A DNA stretch of 64,000 bases from Azolla caroliniana (Eukaryota > Plantae > Polypodiophyta), in contig JBHGNT010000015.1 in the NCBI GenBank assembly GCA_043228905.1, forward strand, positions 4,402,001-4,466,000, given 5' to 3'. Below the pieces are notes generated by a model. It saw only the letters and a program-made list of their open reading frames with translations, was not told the DNA's origin and ran no database searches. Both the position numbers and the translations under genes were made by a program. This document shows positions 13,744 through 26,900 of the stretch, in pieces. Numbering within the stretch: the first letter of the stretch is position 1; every line of letters begins with the position of its first letter.

Positions 13744-14833
13744 TGTCGTGAAGTATGAAAGCTTTACATTAAAAGTCTACAATAAGATAAATACGTAACT
13801 AAAATAAAATAAATCTTGATAATGTTTTATATATAAAGATAATATTAACAACACACTATGATAATATTATATATTATATGTAGAGGCAAATAATATATAG
13901 ATAGATATATTATATTACATGAACAAGAGAGGACATGAACCAACAACCCCACCCTATGACTCTCAAATCTTACCATTTACTCTATACTAGTAATATACAT
14001 AAAATAAAGCATACTTTATATTACATAAAGGATTTGCTTCATGATATAAAAATAAAGTTGTATGTTGTATTCAATAGTATTTTGAGACTCAAACCCACAA
14101 CCTCATACACCAAAGTCAACACACCTACCATTAGGCTAGGTCCTTTCTCTTTAAGATTATATTTTCATGTTTATTGTTATTGCATATATTGTTTCATACA
14201 TAAAAGCTCAAATGAGCGAGATGTTTATTATGCATCACATGTAATGCATGAACGCCAAATGGTGATCATGCATCACATGCATGTCTTGTACCCTCCAATG
14301 CATCATATGCATGGGGGCACCTATTTAAAGGGTGAAAGAGGATATCAAAGGAATGGAAATCGAACAACTATATTGTATGATATATCAATCAAATCAAATA
14401 GAACTATATTATATAAGAGATACCATAAGATAGAAAGAGGAAGACAATAAAAGAAAACAACTAGCTTGGCGGTCGTGGTGCTCAACTCACAACAAAAGGG
14501 TGGAGGTTCGAGTCTTACCCTCATCGAAACCTAGAAAGGGAAGATTGTGATCTACTCTCAAGAATGAGAAGAGCAGTTACCTTGTGAGACAAAGTTCGAA
14601 GGATCAACAATGCTCACAACCAATTTGTAACTATTTCATCAAATAATTATAAATCTCTTTTATCCCTTCAAATATCATTCTATATCCTATCTTGTCTTTA
14701 TCTTGTTGATCTCTATTTAGTCTATTTATACTCTTTCATCTCTTCCGTCCATAATCCCAGTGATTCCTTCCTCACTTTCACGTTATCCTTTGTTTGCGCA
14801 ACGCTATGCTTCTCGGCGAGCCACGCCACGACA
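13744..14833 (+). mobile_element. Solo LTR, probably of the Trp-primed gypsy family
   Basis: Terminal inverted repeats TGTCGTG...CACGACA. 4-bp TSD ATGG/ACGG. It interrupts the RNase H (AKNPVFHA) of element D. Confidence 0.75.
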
Positions 14834-16444
14834 ACGGGGTTCTTGGCGAGCTACATGGTGCTTATGTTGTCACAGTAGATCAGGATCGGGGTCGGCACCT
14901 CGATCCGCAGGTCTTGCAGTAGTCGCCGAAGCCAAATGGGTTCACAAGTGGCAACAGTGGCGCCCCGGTATTCAGCCTTAGTGCTCAATAGAGCCACTGT
15001 TGGTTGCTTTTTGTTGCTCCACACAACAGCCGCGCTACCAAGGGAAAACATATAGCCGGAGGTGAATCGGCGATCCCATACATCGACGGCCCAGTCGGCA
15101 TTGATGTAGCCGACTAGCTCTTCAGGTATACCATGCTGGTATAATAGTCCTTGTTCCTTCGTGCTGCTCACATATCGCAAAATTCGATGCGCGCATAGAA
15201 GGTGCTCGACGGTCGGCTTCTGCATATATTGGCTGATCACGCCGACCAGATATTTGATGTCAGGTCGGGTGATTGTCAAATATATAGGGCTTCCGATGAT
15301 TTGTCGGAACCGTTTCTCATCACAGGCGGGTCTAGAGTCGGGACGGAGCTTCTGGTTCCAGTCCAGGGGTGTGGAGATCGGTTAGCACTTCTTCATGTCG
15401 AACTTGTATAACATATTCAACACATAGTGTCTCTGTGAGAGCAATATGCCGTCAGGGCATATCCCTTCGCCACTAACCGGGCCTTGTACCGGTTAACCGA
15501 ACCATCGGCATTGTACTTTACCTTGTACACCCACTTACATCCAATCAGTTTACAGTGTCGGGGAGGGTCAACTAGGTCCCATGTGTCGTTGGCATCAAGT
15601 GCCCGCATTTCTTCCTCCATAGGGGCACGCCAATTTCCGTCCCTTGCCGCTTCTGCGTAGCTCTCCGGCTCACGCACTTCCGCTACCTTGGTCATGTACG
15701 CATAGTGATGCGCCATGTGCTCATTGTACCCGTACCGCGTCACGGGGTTCTTCAGGCGGGAAGACCGGCGTAACTTGGTATTACCCAGTTTGGGGCCCTT
15801 CTTGGCCAGGTCGGACTTCGTTCCCGAAGATCCGCCTTCATCCTTTCCGGAGTCAGATTCGCTCTGATCTGACTCAACGTTGCCGGTTTCGTATTTCGGC
15901 ATCTTCTTCTTCCCCTTGTCTTTTGTGAAAAGTAGCGTGCGGAAGCAAGTATTAAGATTGAACAGAAGGAAGAAAACTCAGGTTTAATGGAGAGCTTGAG
16001 CTTACGCAGTATACGCGGGAGAGACAGAGAGAGAGTGAGAGAGAGAAGGCACAAGAAGTATATTCAACACTCTATTCACCACACTATACATATGTGTGTT
16101 CAATGAACACTTTTATACAAGTCCTAGAAGGACTGACAGAAGTACTGATAGTACTTCAATGCTCATTAAGAGCTCCTACACTAACTCCCAAATATATTCC
16201 TCACAGAATATCTTTCCTAACGGCCTCCCGGTTTACGCACCGATCCGTCCCTACCTACGCACCGGTCTGCGTACCGGTTTACGCACTCGGCCTAACTGAT
16301 CGGTCCCAACCGATCCGGTGTCGTGTTGTTACGCGCGTGCGTGGAGAAAGGCGGGACCACGGGGGTCTTGGACTAGGGAGTGATGGAGCGTAGGAAGTCG
16401 TGCTTCACCGTCTCCGGGCATCCCAGAAGCACACCGGAAGCAAC

Positions 16445-16491
<47 letters not shown>

Positions 16492-16632
16492 TTTAACACC
16501 GACTCACGCACACACACACTCACACACACACACACAGGCCAACCCGACTCACCCCTTTAAGTACAAGAAATGCCGGAAGGGGGAAGCACCCGACACCAAC
16601 GAAGACACGAATATACACAGACAGACGCAAAC

Positions 16633-16665
<33 letters not shown>

Positions 16666-19600
16666 AAGAATACATTCCCGGCTTCGAGCCGGACCAAGAT
16701 AGCTTACAACAGTCGTCTGCTGTCAAGCCGCCGTCGGGGAGCTCACGGGCTCGTCGCGCCGAGCGGGGTCTTGCGCAGGAGATGAGCTGAAGCAAACCCT
16801 AAGCGAACACGAAGGGGAGAAGAAGAAGAAACTAACTCTAAACCTAACGGTATACCCTCTAATGCAAAATGGGCAACCCTTTCACAAAGGGCGTTCCCTT
16901 CCTTTTATAGAACAAGGAGAGGGATGCGTTACAATGTGGGATAAATCCCGACTTACATGGGATAAATCCTGACTCACACTAAATGTACATGGGTGCGTAC
17001 ACACGCTGCACCCCGCCGATGTAGCCAATGTTTCCCGGTTTCCGCCTCTGGCCGAAATTCTTCACGACATCCGCCCCCACCTAACTGCACGTCCACCGGT
17101 ACGTGCCAAATCTGGTTGAAGGGTGAGAGATTTCGGCCGGCGAGGAACCGGTCTTCCGTGATCCGCATCCCGGTTCGCTGCCGGTTTGATCCGTCGGCTT
17201 CCATTCTTCCTTCGCGCTTACCTCCCCGTAGGCTCGTTCGACCCGTCGATGGGTCCTCTGCCGCGATCTCCGTAGTACGCATACTTTCGTTGGCCCTTGT
17301 TCGGCCGTATGAACGTCCCGCTTCCCGCCGTATGCCCGATGTCCTCCGCTTGAGGCATGCCCGTAGTGGCCCGCTTGGCCTCCGTTGATCATTCGCGTCG
17401 TCCTGATTGCCGTCCCATGTCGTTTCGCGTTGCCCTTGTCCTCTCGCCGCCACCTTCCTTCTCCATGGTCTTACATCGCCACGTCGGCTCGAACTGCCAT
17501 GGTCTCCGGAACGGTGTGGAGGATCCCTTTCCGGCCTTCTCCACGCTACCTCTGAACCGCGCAACCTATCTCCGCGCTCGCCTTTCCACTCCGGCACCTC
17601 CGTGTGCCACATACCCTCGTCTGTTGTTTGGCATTGCCTGTGTTGCACTCCTTGTCGGCCCCCTTTCCGGCCAGATCGTGCATCGCCGCTCACCTGCATA
17701 CCGGCGTCCTTTGCATCCGAGGAACACCCCGTAGTAGCCCGCTTGGCCCTTCCCGTCTTCGTGCTGCCGCGATAGGTCCTGAGTCTTCCGCTTGTCGTCG
17801 TCCCCTCGCCCCCACCAGCTGTCACCCCGGGCTTGCCGTGACAGTCTTCGCTACTTCGACGGAGCTCCCGAGATCTACGAAGCGAGTGTGGAGGATCCTC
17901 CTCCGGCCTCTCTTGCCATCCCCTGACTCCGACCCTGTGCAGTCCACTAGGCACTTGTCACCTCGTCCCCGGCACCTTTCTTGTGCCGTCTTCCACTTCC
18001 TTTGTTTGGCCTTGCCCGTGCCGAACACCGTCCCGTAGTCACGCTTCGATCCGGCCCGCGATGGCCACTTGCGAGACTCTTGTTCTGTCCAAGGTGTGCC
18101 TTTCCGGCCTGACACACCTCCCCGTGTTCGCCCCTACCGGCTCCTTCCGAAACCGTGACCGGCCGGTGAGGGTTTCGCACTTCATCCGCCTGTCTTACCG
18201 GCTCCCTATCCGGTACCTCGTGTTGTCGGGTCCCGTTCCCTATCGCCACCGTCCTTCTCCCTAGGTCTCATGTTGCCACATTGGCCGAACTGCCGGGGTC
18301 TCCGGATCGGTGTGAGGGTCCCATAGGACCGGACTCCGTTTCTATGCTGGCCGAAATTCGGGTGTCTTTTGTTTGAGTCCCTCCCGGACCCTCCTCGTGT
18401 CTTCCGCGTAGCTAGGTCCCGTTTCCCGCCGCCACCAACCTTCTCTCTCGGTCTCATGTTGCCACGTTGGTCGAACTGCCGGAGTCTCTGGTTAAGTGTG
18501 GGGATCCCGTAGGACCGGACTTCCTTACGCCCTTTGGCCTTCGTCACCTCGTCGCCATCATCAGTATCTTGGTCTTACGTCGACCGTGTTGCCGACTGCT
18601 GAAGTCTCTAGAACCAGTGTGAAGGATCCTCCGTAGGCCTTCGTTTTGTCTTCCCGACCCTGTCCCGGGTCATCCCTTTCCGCATGCCAAGGGGGCGGTT
18701 TACTCCGCACCCTCTCCCGTGGTACCGACGTACCGTGTCCTCGGCCTCTTCGTAGGCCTGCTCTCTTCCTCCCTCCCGGAATGGTCATCCGGGAGTCCGC
18801 TCTGCCCGGTTCTCACTCAGGTTCGTTCGTCTTTCTCCGGATTGCCGAGTCCCGTTCTCCTGTTGCCACCGATCTCTCTTGTCAGACTCACGCTGGCACT
18901 TGGACCTGCAGTCGGATCGGTGTAAGGAATCCCATAGGACCGGCTTTCATTCTCCTTCCAAATCTCGACCTTCGCCCGATCGGTCTTTCTCCCCATGTAA
19001 AAGAGGGCAGCTCGTCCCGCACCCTCTTCCGTTTCGGCACTTTCATGCCGAATACGGCCCCGATCGAACAATCCACGACCGGATCACGCTCCACCCGTAT
19101 CGGAATGCCGATCTCCTCGTGCCACTTCCGTCCTCGGCCTCCTCACAGGCCGTTTTCCATCCATCTTCGCTGGCATCGTGCCAGCACTCCTCGGTACCGC
19201 CATCCATCTCCTCGGTCTTACATGGGCATACAGGCCCGAATGCCGAGTTCTCCGGAATCGGGTCCGTGGTCTTTCATCCGCTCCTTCCCCGTATCGTCTC
19301 GCCGCTGACTTCCTCCGCTTGGGACTCACATGGGCACTCGGGCCCGACTGCCATCGTCCCGGGAGCAAGTGTGGGAAGACACAAAGAATTGCCCGTCCGT
19401 TTTACACCCTTGTCCGTAGCCACCGACTCTTCGTGGTCGGCGGTCATCTTCTTACCGATCGCGCAAGCCCTGTTTGGGCTTGCTTCTCCAATGACCGGGA
19501 TCTCGGGCTGACACGCCCGAAACCGTTGGTTCCAACGTTCCGGTTCCGCGATCTATATCTCGGCCTCGTCCTTGGCCGTTCTTTCTCCGCAAGTCGAGAG

Positions 19601-19792
19601 GGTGTTTCGTTCCGCACCCTCTCCCGTTGTACCGTCGTACCGATCTTCCGCCGTCGCGTGGGGCAAGTCCGTCTTCTCAGTCGCGTGGGGCAAGTCCGTG
19701 GGGCAAGTCCGTCTTCTCAGTCCGGCGTCATCGTCCTTAAGAATCCTCCAATCTGCAGCCACTCCCCATCGTACTTGCTCTCGTTAAAATCA

Positions 19793-22700
19793 TTAAGCGC
19801 CGGAGTGCTCCCCCCCCTCGATTGTTACGTAACATGCCTCGAAGAAGTCCACGCCGACTTCCTCGTCCTCCGAAACCATGCCGCCCTCGTCGTCGAATCG
19901 CGCTCTCGAAAGCATGTCGGCCATGGCATTGTCTTTCTTGGAAATGTGTCGTATTTCCGGATCCAGGGACTTGATGTACGCTATCCACTTGAGCATTGCC
20001 AGGTCCGGGGTTGCGCATCCGGAAACCATGCCGAGAATCGGCAGGCAGTCCGTCTCGATAATCACCTCTATCCCGATCAGATAGTCTTTATCGGCCTTCA
20101 CCGCCGAAACGATGCCCCAGAGTTCGCGTTTATCCTGGGCGTATCCTCGCTGTCGCTCGCTGAGGACCTTCGCACCGAACCGGATTGGGAACCGAATGCC
20201 GTCCTCATCTTCTTGGTTGACAACCCATCCGATCCCGGTCGGACTCGTATCTACTATTATGTAGACGGGAGTGCCTTTCTCGTAGACAGCCTTCCGGAGT
20301 GCCGGAGCTGCAGCAAGAGCCTCCTTCATCTTTCGGACCGTCTCCGTATGCTCGTCTCGCTACTCGAATTTTCACCCCTTTTTCAGCAACCCGTATAGCG
20401 GCTCGGCAACGTGGGCGTAATGCGGGATCCATATGTGGTAGAACGCGCGTGCTCCCAAGAACCTTTGTACCTCCGTGACCGAGTTACAGTCGGGCTTCAT
20501 TGCGGAGATGGCTTCCACCTTAGCCAGAGATGGTTTCCGGCCATACGGTCCGCATAGATGTCCGATGACCATGATCTCTGATTGCCCGAAGGCCGACTTC
20601 TCCCCGGAGAAGGTGAGCCTTGCGTCCTCTAGCCTCTGCAGCACCCTCTCGCAATCGTCAATGTGTGTCGCCACGAATTTCCGGCATCCGTCCGGTCCGA
20701 TTGTTTCGTCCTTTTCCTCCATCGGACATCCCTTGATCGGGATGTTGTCCAAGAATGGCATGGTGATGTCTGGGATACAATCCCTCAGCACCTCTCTACG
20801 GCTAGTTGGAACTGATCGTACCCCGAGTACAGATTACCGACCGAGTAGATCGACCTTCCGGCGAAGGCCTCTGCGAACTCGTCTATCATTGGTCCGATTC
20901 CTGCGTTCCGAATGGTCACTCTGTTGACCAGTTGCAGGTCTTGAATGAAGTGCAACGTCCCGTTCTTCTTCGGTATAGTAAACCACCGGTTCGAGTACGG
21001 GGCACTCGACGGTTCGAGGATGCCCATATCGACTTTCTGCCTCAACAGCTCCATCAGGTCCGGGATGTGAGCTCTCGGTACCGGAATTGGTTTGAGATTC
21101 CACGGCACATGCGGTACCGTGAATATCACCATCGGCTTCACGATTGTCGGGTCTACGCACCCGATCTCTCCCGGTGAGAATGCGAAGGCTTTCCTCTGCC
21201 TTCCGAGCATTCTTCGAAACCGGTCTTCTTCCGCCGGCAGTAGGAACCTGCCCCCACCGATTTTGAGCTCCCGTAGCGTTCTGTCGGTGAAGGTGTGTCC
21301 TATGCAGGCCGGATCTCGTAAACTGGGGTCCGACGCGACCCCCTTGATTCGCAACTCGCTGCCCTCCGGTAAGGGTGCCGCGATTGGCCTTACCTTCCGG
21401 TCCACAGTCTTGTACTTCGTGTTAACCCGGGCCGTCCGATCTGACTCAAGCCCCCGACTGAAGTCCGCGATGACTTCGTACATCTCCTCTGAACAAACGG
21501 GTATCGTCCGGTCCTCCTTAAGGCCCTCTCCGACCACCTCTCGCAGTATTCCCAAGGTATCGTCGAAGGAGACCGCCTCCACGGCTCCGTTGATTTCCTC
21601 GCTGGGCCCGAGAACTCCGCACGCCCGAAGTCGCTCTTCTGCCCTTGTCTTTTCTTGGCCTACGACGCTGACTATCGTACACCCTCCATTGTCGGAGAAA
21701 CAAAACTTCCTACTTACGGTACAAGGTTTCTTCGGTTTCGCCTCTATCGTACATTTGTGGGGTTTTCCCTGAGTGTCCGGACTGTCGCGGCCCCACGCCT
21801 TGATAGCCCTCTCTAAAAATCCTCTCGGTTCTCGCAGTTTCGCTCGTGGTTCGGTCGCACCATCAGGAACTGAACCGAATGACGCCCGTCTTGACTCTTG
21901 ACCCTCGCGTAAGCCGACCCGTTGTCCAGCACCTTGGTCTCCATCCGCGCTGCCGTAATGTACGGTTCTCCCAGTATGACCGGGTGCGAGGACGTCTCCT
22001 GCACAAAGAAGTGCTGATCTATCTCGACGTCGCCGATCTTGACTCGCACGTTTGGGCAGGCCCCGTGTAGTTCCTCGGTGGCGCGCGTCGCCGCCCGTAT
22101 CTTCCACCCGTGCTTGGTGTTGATCGGCCATTTCCCCTTCTTGTAGAAGTCCATGGACATCAGGTTTATTTCTGAACTGTGGTCCACCAGCGCCACCACC
22201 GGTTCCTGAACATTTCCGATCTTCACCGGGTTTCTGTGGTCGCTCGGGCCCAGTGTGGCCTCGAATAGTGGCTCTCTGCCCACTTGTCTTCCATCGCCAT
22301 GTCCTCCATGTGCGTCGTCCGCACCTCCACCGGCCTTTCCGGTTCTGCCTCCGTCGACAGCCTCTTCCTCTTCACCAAGTCTACGATGGAGTCGTGGAAC
22401 TCCTTCTTGGCGATTCCGAGCACCTCTCGCAATGACAGTTCCACCTTGTTGTCGAGGATTCATTCTTCCAGGACCTTTCGTAGGTCCGTGGTCCTTTCGA
22501 TCTCCGTGCCCAAACGGTATCCGCCCTTCTTGTGGTTATCCCGGGCACTGGACTCACTGGCCTCGGTCCGCTTCGGCCCGAAACGGGTTTCGTATCTCTG
22601 TGAGGGTCCGGCCCCTCCGGTTTTACCTACCTGTTTGTCTTCAACCAGAGCCTCGTAGTTCTGGCAAGCTGCTTCGACGAACCCCGTCTTTTCTTCGACC

Positions 22701-23902
22701 GGGTCACTCCACCCGGTTACCTCCTGGACCCGCTTCTCCACACGGTCTGCCTCGTCTTTCTTTAGTCGGGCACCGGCGAGGCCTTCCAGCACCGTCGGCC
22801 AGAACCCGGCTTTGCTCTCCTTCCGGGCCTCACTGCCTCCGACATGAATGCCGGCTGACGCTGAGTAATGGACGGTCTCCACGTGCCGGGCCGCTGCCTC
22901 TTCCATCAGCCTTTTCATTCCTCCTCGCCCGTCGTTTCGGTTCAGGGCCCTCCGGGTATCACTGGGGTGCACCCGACCTTCCCACAGGTACACTACCCGG
23001 CTTCTCAAAGCCTCCGCAAAGTCCCCGCAGTCTTTCCGGATGTGGCCAACCTCGTCGCACCACATGCACCTATTTCCTGCCAGAGGCCGTCGGTCACGAG
23101 CCTGATCGCCGCCTTCCCTCCGAGCCTGGGCGATCTGGAGATCCTTTACCGCCCATGTCAACTCCTCCAAAGTTGTCCCCCCGGACGAGCCTTTGACCAC
23201 GCCGGTGGAAGCCGAACCGGTTTCGAGCCACTCCCGGGTCTCTTCCCGTCACGACTACGGTATCAGTTCGAGCTTCCTTGCTGCGACAGGACCCGCCCCG
23301 GTCGCCCCTGTATCAGCCCACTCCCACCATTTGTCAAAACGGCCGCAGACTCTTTTTACCGCGGCCCAGTCGGCCGTCAGCCCGTCTTCGGTTTCTAGTA
23401 AGGAGCCCACTTGCTCCCGATCCCGTGCGTCAACCGATTTGACAAATAGTAGGACACGACTTGTGTCCAGAACGGTCCGATCGAGCGCTGAAAGGCGCGC
23501 AAAGCGATCCTCAAACTCCCGGAGGAGTCCCGACGCATTTCTTCCTTTGTCGGGGGACTCCACCCACTCCATGAAGCCCCGCTTCAAAAGTCGAAGCGCG
23601 TCATCCAGCCCGTATTTCTCCAGGAGCCGTCCTTCGAACTCCTCCCAGGTCCGGCTCTCCGCCCGGACCTCGAGCACCTCCGCATGGTAGGACGCCAACA
23701 TCAACATCTCCGCCCGGTAGGACGCCAAATAACTCGTGGCATCCTTTCCACTGAACCGGCCGATCATACCGACGATCGCCTCAATAGCCCTGTCAAGGGC
23801 GCCGGTGCCCTCGCGCGCGCTCACTATCCGGTCCACGGCCGAAGCCATGGCCTCTGCAAGATCCGACCCCCTCATCTTCTGCTCCTCTGCCGCCTTTTTC
23901 AC
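19793..23902 (-). pseudogene. gypsy gag-pol pseudogene (gag, zinc knuckle, protease, RT, RNase H)
   Basis: ORF fragments 23255-23902, 22460-23200, 21813-22463, 20785-22131, 20372-20791 and 19793-20329 lie in gypsy domain order. Confidence 0.88.
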
Positions 23903-23915
23903 GTCGGGTTCACCA
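23899..23915 (-). promoter_or_regulatory. Primer-binding site complementary to tRNA-Trp
   Basis: TGGTGAACCCGACGTGA matches the plant cytosolic tRNA-Trp 3' end as I recall it (TCACGTCGGGTTCACCA). It lies 4 nt from the LTR. Confidence 0.8.
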
Positions 23916-26900
23916 AATATGTCACGTTACTACGCGCGTGCGTGGAGAAACGAGGCGGGACCACCGGGGTCTTGAACCGAAGAGTAGGTGATAGGAGGGG
24001 AAAGAGAAAGAGAGAGACGACCGGTTACATATGAGCAAAGAAACACAGGGGCACGGCCCGTCAACGAAGAAAACACGAATGGACACAGAGACAGAGAGAC
24101 ACGAATGTTTGTATATTAACAAATGACACAAAACAACAGAGCACGCGAGCGGTTGCAACTGAACAGGACGGCGAACAGATGTCGATGCCTGTTCATCTGC
24201 GCACGAAAGGGGATAGGATGGAGGTGCTGCCAGAAGCACACGGGCCTTCCTCGAAGCTGTGCGAGCCTCCCGAAAACCTGCAGAGAAGAGCAATAGAGAA
24301 CAAATAGAGGAGAAGTGTTCGGTTACGGTTCGACAACACTTCGTCCTCCTCAATGCGCGATCCCTTTCTCCCCCGCGTCTCCTTCTCTTTTATAGCTTCA
24401 GGAAGGGAGCCATCTCCCTCATTTACTTCCTACCTACCGAATATGACTACCCCCCGGATATGCCTATGTACCTAATTCCCTATTATATACATTAAAGGGG
24501 CGCGCACGTGTGAAGAGCCGGTTCACCCGCGCTATGCACCGATTGCGCTAAGGGACGGTTTTCTTCACGACAGCGTAAGCCGTCTCCTCGGCTTCCTGCG
24601 CAAGGAATGCACGGCCGAGTCTCCACTACTCGCCGGCTCTTCATTGGACTGGTCGTACCGACTCACAATCGGTCCACTTAAACGGAGTGAAATCGGACTC
24701 TCTTCGCGGGTCTCGATTTTGGGCTCATCTGGAGGCATCTCGGCCTCGTTGACCTCATCGTTAGCACTCGAATTGGAGTCATGGTTCGGAGTCGGGGGCT
24801 GGTACCAGTACGCGGACTCGTCAAACACAACGTCGTGGCTAACATGCGCTTGTTTGGTGCGAGGGTTATAGCACTTATAACCCTTCTGCTCGTCCGAGTA
24901 GCCGACCAAAATGCATTTCTCGGCCTTTGCGTCCAGTCCTCCTCTTCTCCTTCGGTACATGAACATACGCAATGCTACCAAACACCCTCAAGTGTCGCAA
25001 GTTCGGTTTTGCTCCGAAATATAGCTCATGTGCCGACACTTTGTCTCCGATCCGGTTCTGGATGTATACCGCGGTCCTTACCGCCTCGGCCCAGTAGAAC
25101 TTGGGCAAGCTCTTCTCCTCCAGCATTGCCTGTGCCACTTCCACAACTGACCGATTCTTCCTCTCGGCCCACGCCGTTCTGCTCCGGCGTGTATCTACAA
25201 CTGAATTCACGTCGAATTCCCATCTGTTGTAGATAACCGTTGAATTGATCGGAAAAGTACTCTTTCCCGCCATCCGACCGTAGGCACTTGATCTTTCGTC
25301 CCGTTTCCATTTCCACGAACCCTTTGAGGTTCCGGAAACAGTCGATGACTTCGCTCTTCCTCTCAATTAGGTAGATCCATGTGTGCCGCGTGTGGTCGTT
25401 GATGAAGGAGATGAAATATTGGCTCCCACCAAGACTAACGTTTTGTGCCGGCCCCCATACATCGGAGTGTATAAGGTCGAGCTTGTTCCGGAACCGGTTT
25501 TGCTCGTTTGGGAAAGGAAGTTGGTGTTGCTTCCCGAGTTGGCAGGCTTCTCAAATTTGTGCCTTTCGGCCACTAAATTTGGGCAATCCGAAAACTACAT
25601 GTTTCGATTGCAGATCTTGAAGCCGCTGGTAGTTGACATGGCCTATCTGCTTGTGCCACAAGACAATGTCCGACTCGGATTTTTGTCCCTTCGCGAACAT
25701 TGCGGTGCCACCGTCAGTGGAGTCGAGGATGAACATCCTCCCGTCTCTGCGCCCTTGCGCAATCACGCAGCCTTCTTCCTCAATGAAGCACCCGAGGTGT
25801 GTAAACCGAACCTCCATCCCTTGATCGACGATCTGTCCGACCGAGACCAAGTTCTTCGTGATTGTCGGAACGTGCAGCACGTTCATGAGTTTCCCTTTCT
25901 GCCCGACATGGCTAAGGGGAACTTCTCCGGCATTCACGATTGGATGCGGAGTGTCATCTCCAGTTGCGACTACTCCAGGTTGTATCGGTTTTTCAAGGTA
26001 CGAGAACCACTCCTTATGGCTCGTCATGTGGTTTGACGCTCCGGAGTCTACGTACCACACCTCGTCTGATCTCGGGCTGTTCTGTTTCATTGAGTTTGCT
26101 TCGTGTCTCGTCACGAAGGCAGACCCTTCTCCGGCTCTCCCGGAGTCTTCGGCGTAGTGCGATTGCTGCCGATTTCCCTTGTCGGTATGTCCGGAGCCGT
26201 TTCCGGAACCGGTTCTCTCTGAATCGGCGCGCTTCTTCCAGCAATCACTTTCCCTGTGGCCTTTCTTGCCACAGTACCAACACTCCGCGATGGCCTTCCC
26301 TTGCCGGTTCTCATCGCCTCGACTCCCCTTGTTTCTGGAGGGTTCAGAGTTGCTGTCGGCATCACTTTGGTGCCTTCTTCCTTGATCTCGTCGGCCACCT
26401 CCATTGCGCCGACTCGCCTCATCCTCCACGTCCACGGGGCCTATCTCCCTCCATGTACAGCATTCTGTTGTTGGTGTACGTGCTTGTAGACGCACCTGCG
26501 TGGTTCTCCTCTACCAGGAGCATTGACTGTAAGTCGAAAAAGGACGGCGTATTCTCCCATGTACATGCAGCCGTTCGGAACGCTCCGAACTTCGACGCCA
26601 AACCTCCGAGACAGATCTGGACCATCTCACTCTCCTCGATGTTCACCTCTATGGAGGCGAGGGAGTCACAGATATCCTTGATCTTCAAGGTATAGTCCGC
26701 CACCAACAAGTCGCGTTGTCGTAGGTTGCTCAACTCCTGTCAGAGCTAAAGCTTCCTCGTTGTGGTGCTCGCGGCGAAAATCTTCTTCAGATTTTCCCAC
26801 GCACCCTTCGGCATCTTTGAATCCCGAACATAGCTCAATAGTTGTTCGCCCACACACGACGCGAAGTAGTATAATACCCTGCTCGCCGATTGCTCCCACG

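Larger units (their letters stand above)
16319..24572 (-). mobile_element. Ty3/gypsy element with tRNA-Trp PBS; gag-protease-RT-RNase H, no recognisable integrase; dissimilar LTRs
   Basis: LTRs 23920-24572 and 16319-17069 both begin TGTCGTGAAGAA on the minus strand. PPT-like AGGTGGGGGCGGA at about 17070-17082. Motifs CMWCDEVGHIRKDC, LVDHSSEINL, LYSGYDQ, PFLDNIPIKG and IETDCLP. Confidence 0.85.

Noticed and set aside
13935-14450. 171-aa ORF in AT-rich DNA
   Set aside because: It lies within a solo LTR, is low in complexity and has no motifs.
19178-20398. 406-aa plus-strand ORF (also 22255-23196 and similar)
   Set aside because: Largely the antisense shadow of GC-rich gag-pol sequence, with no recognisable domain.
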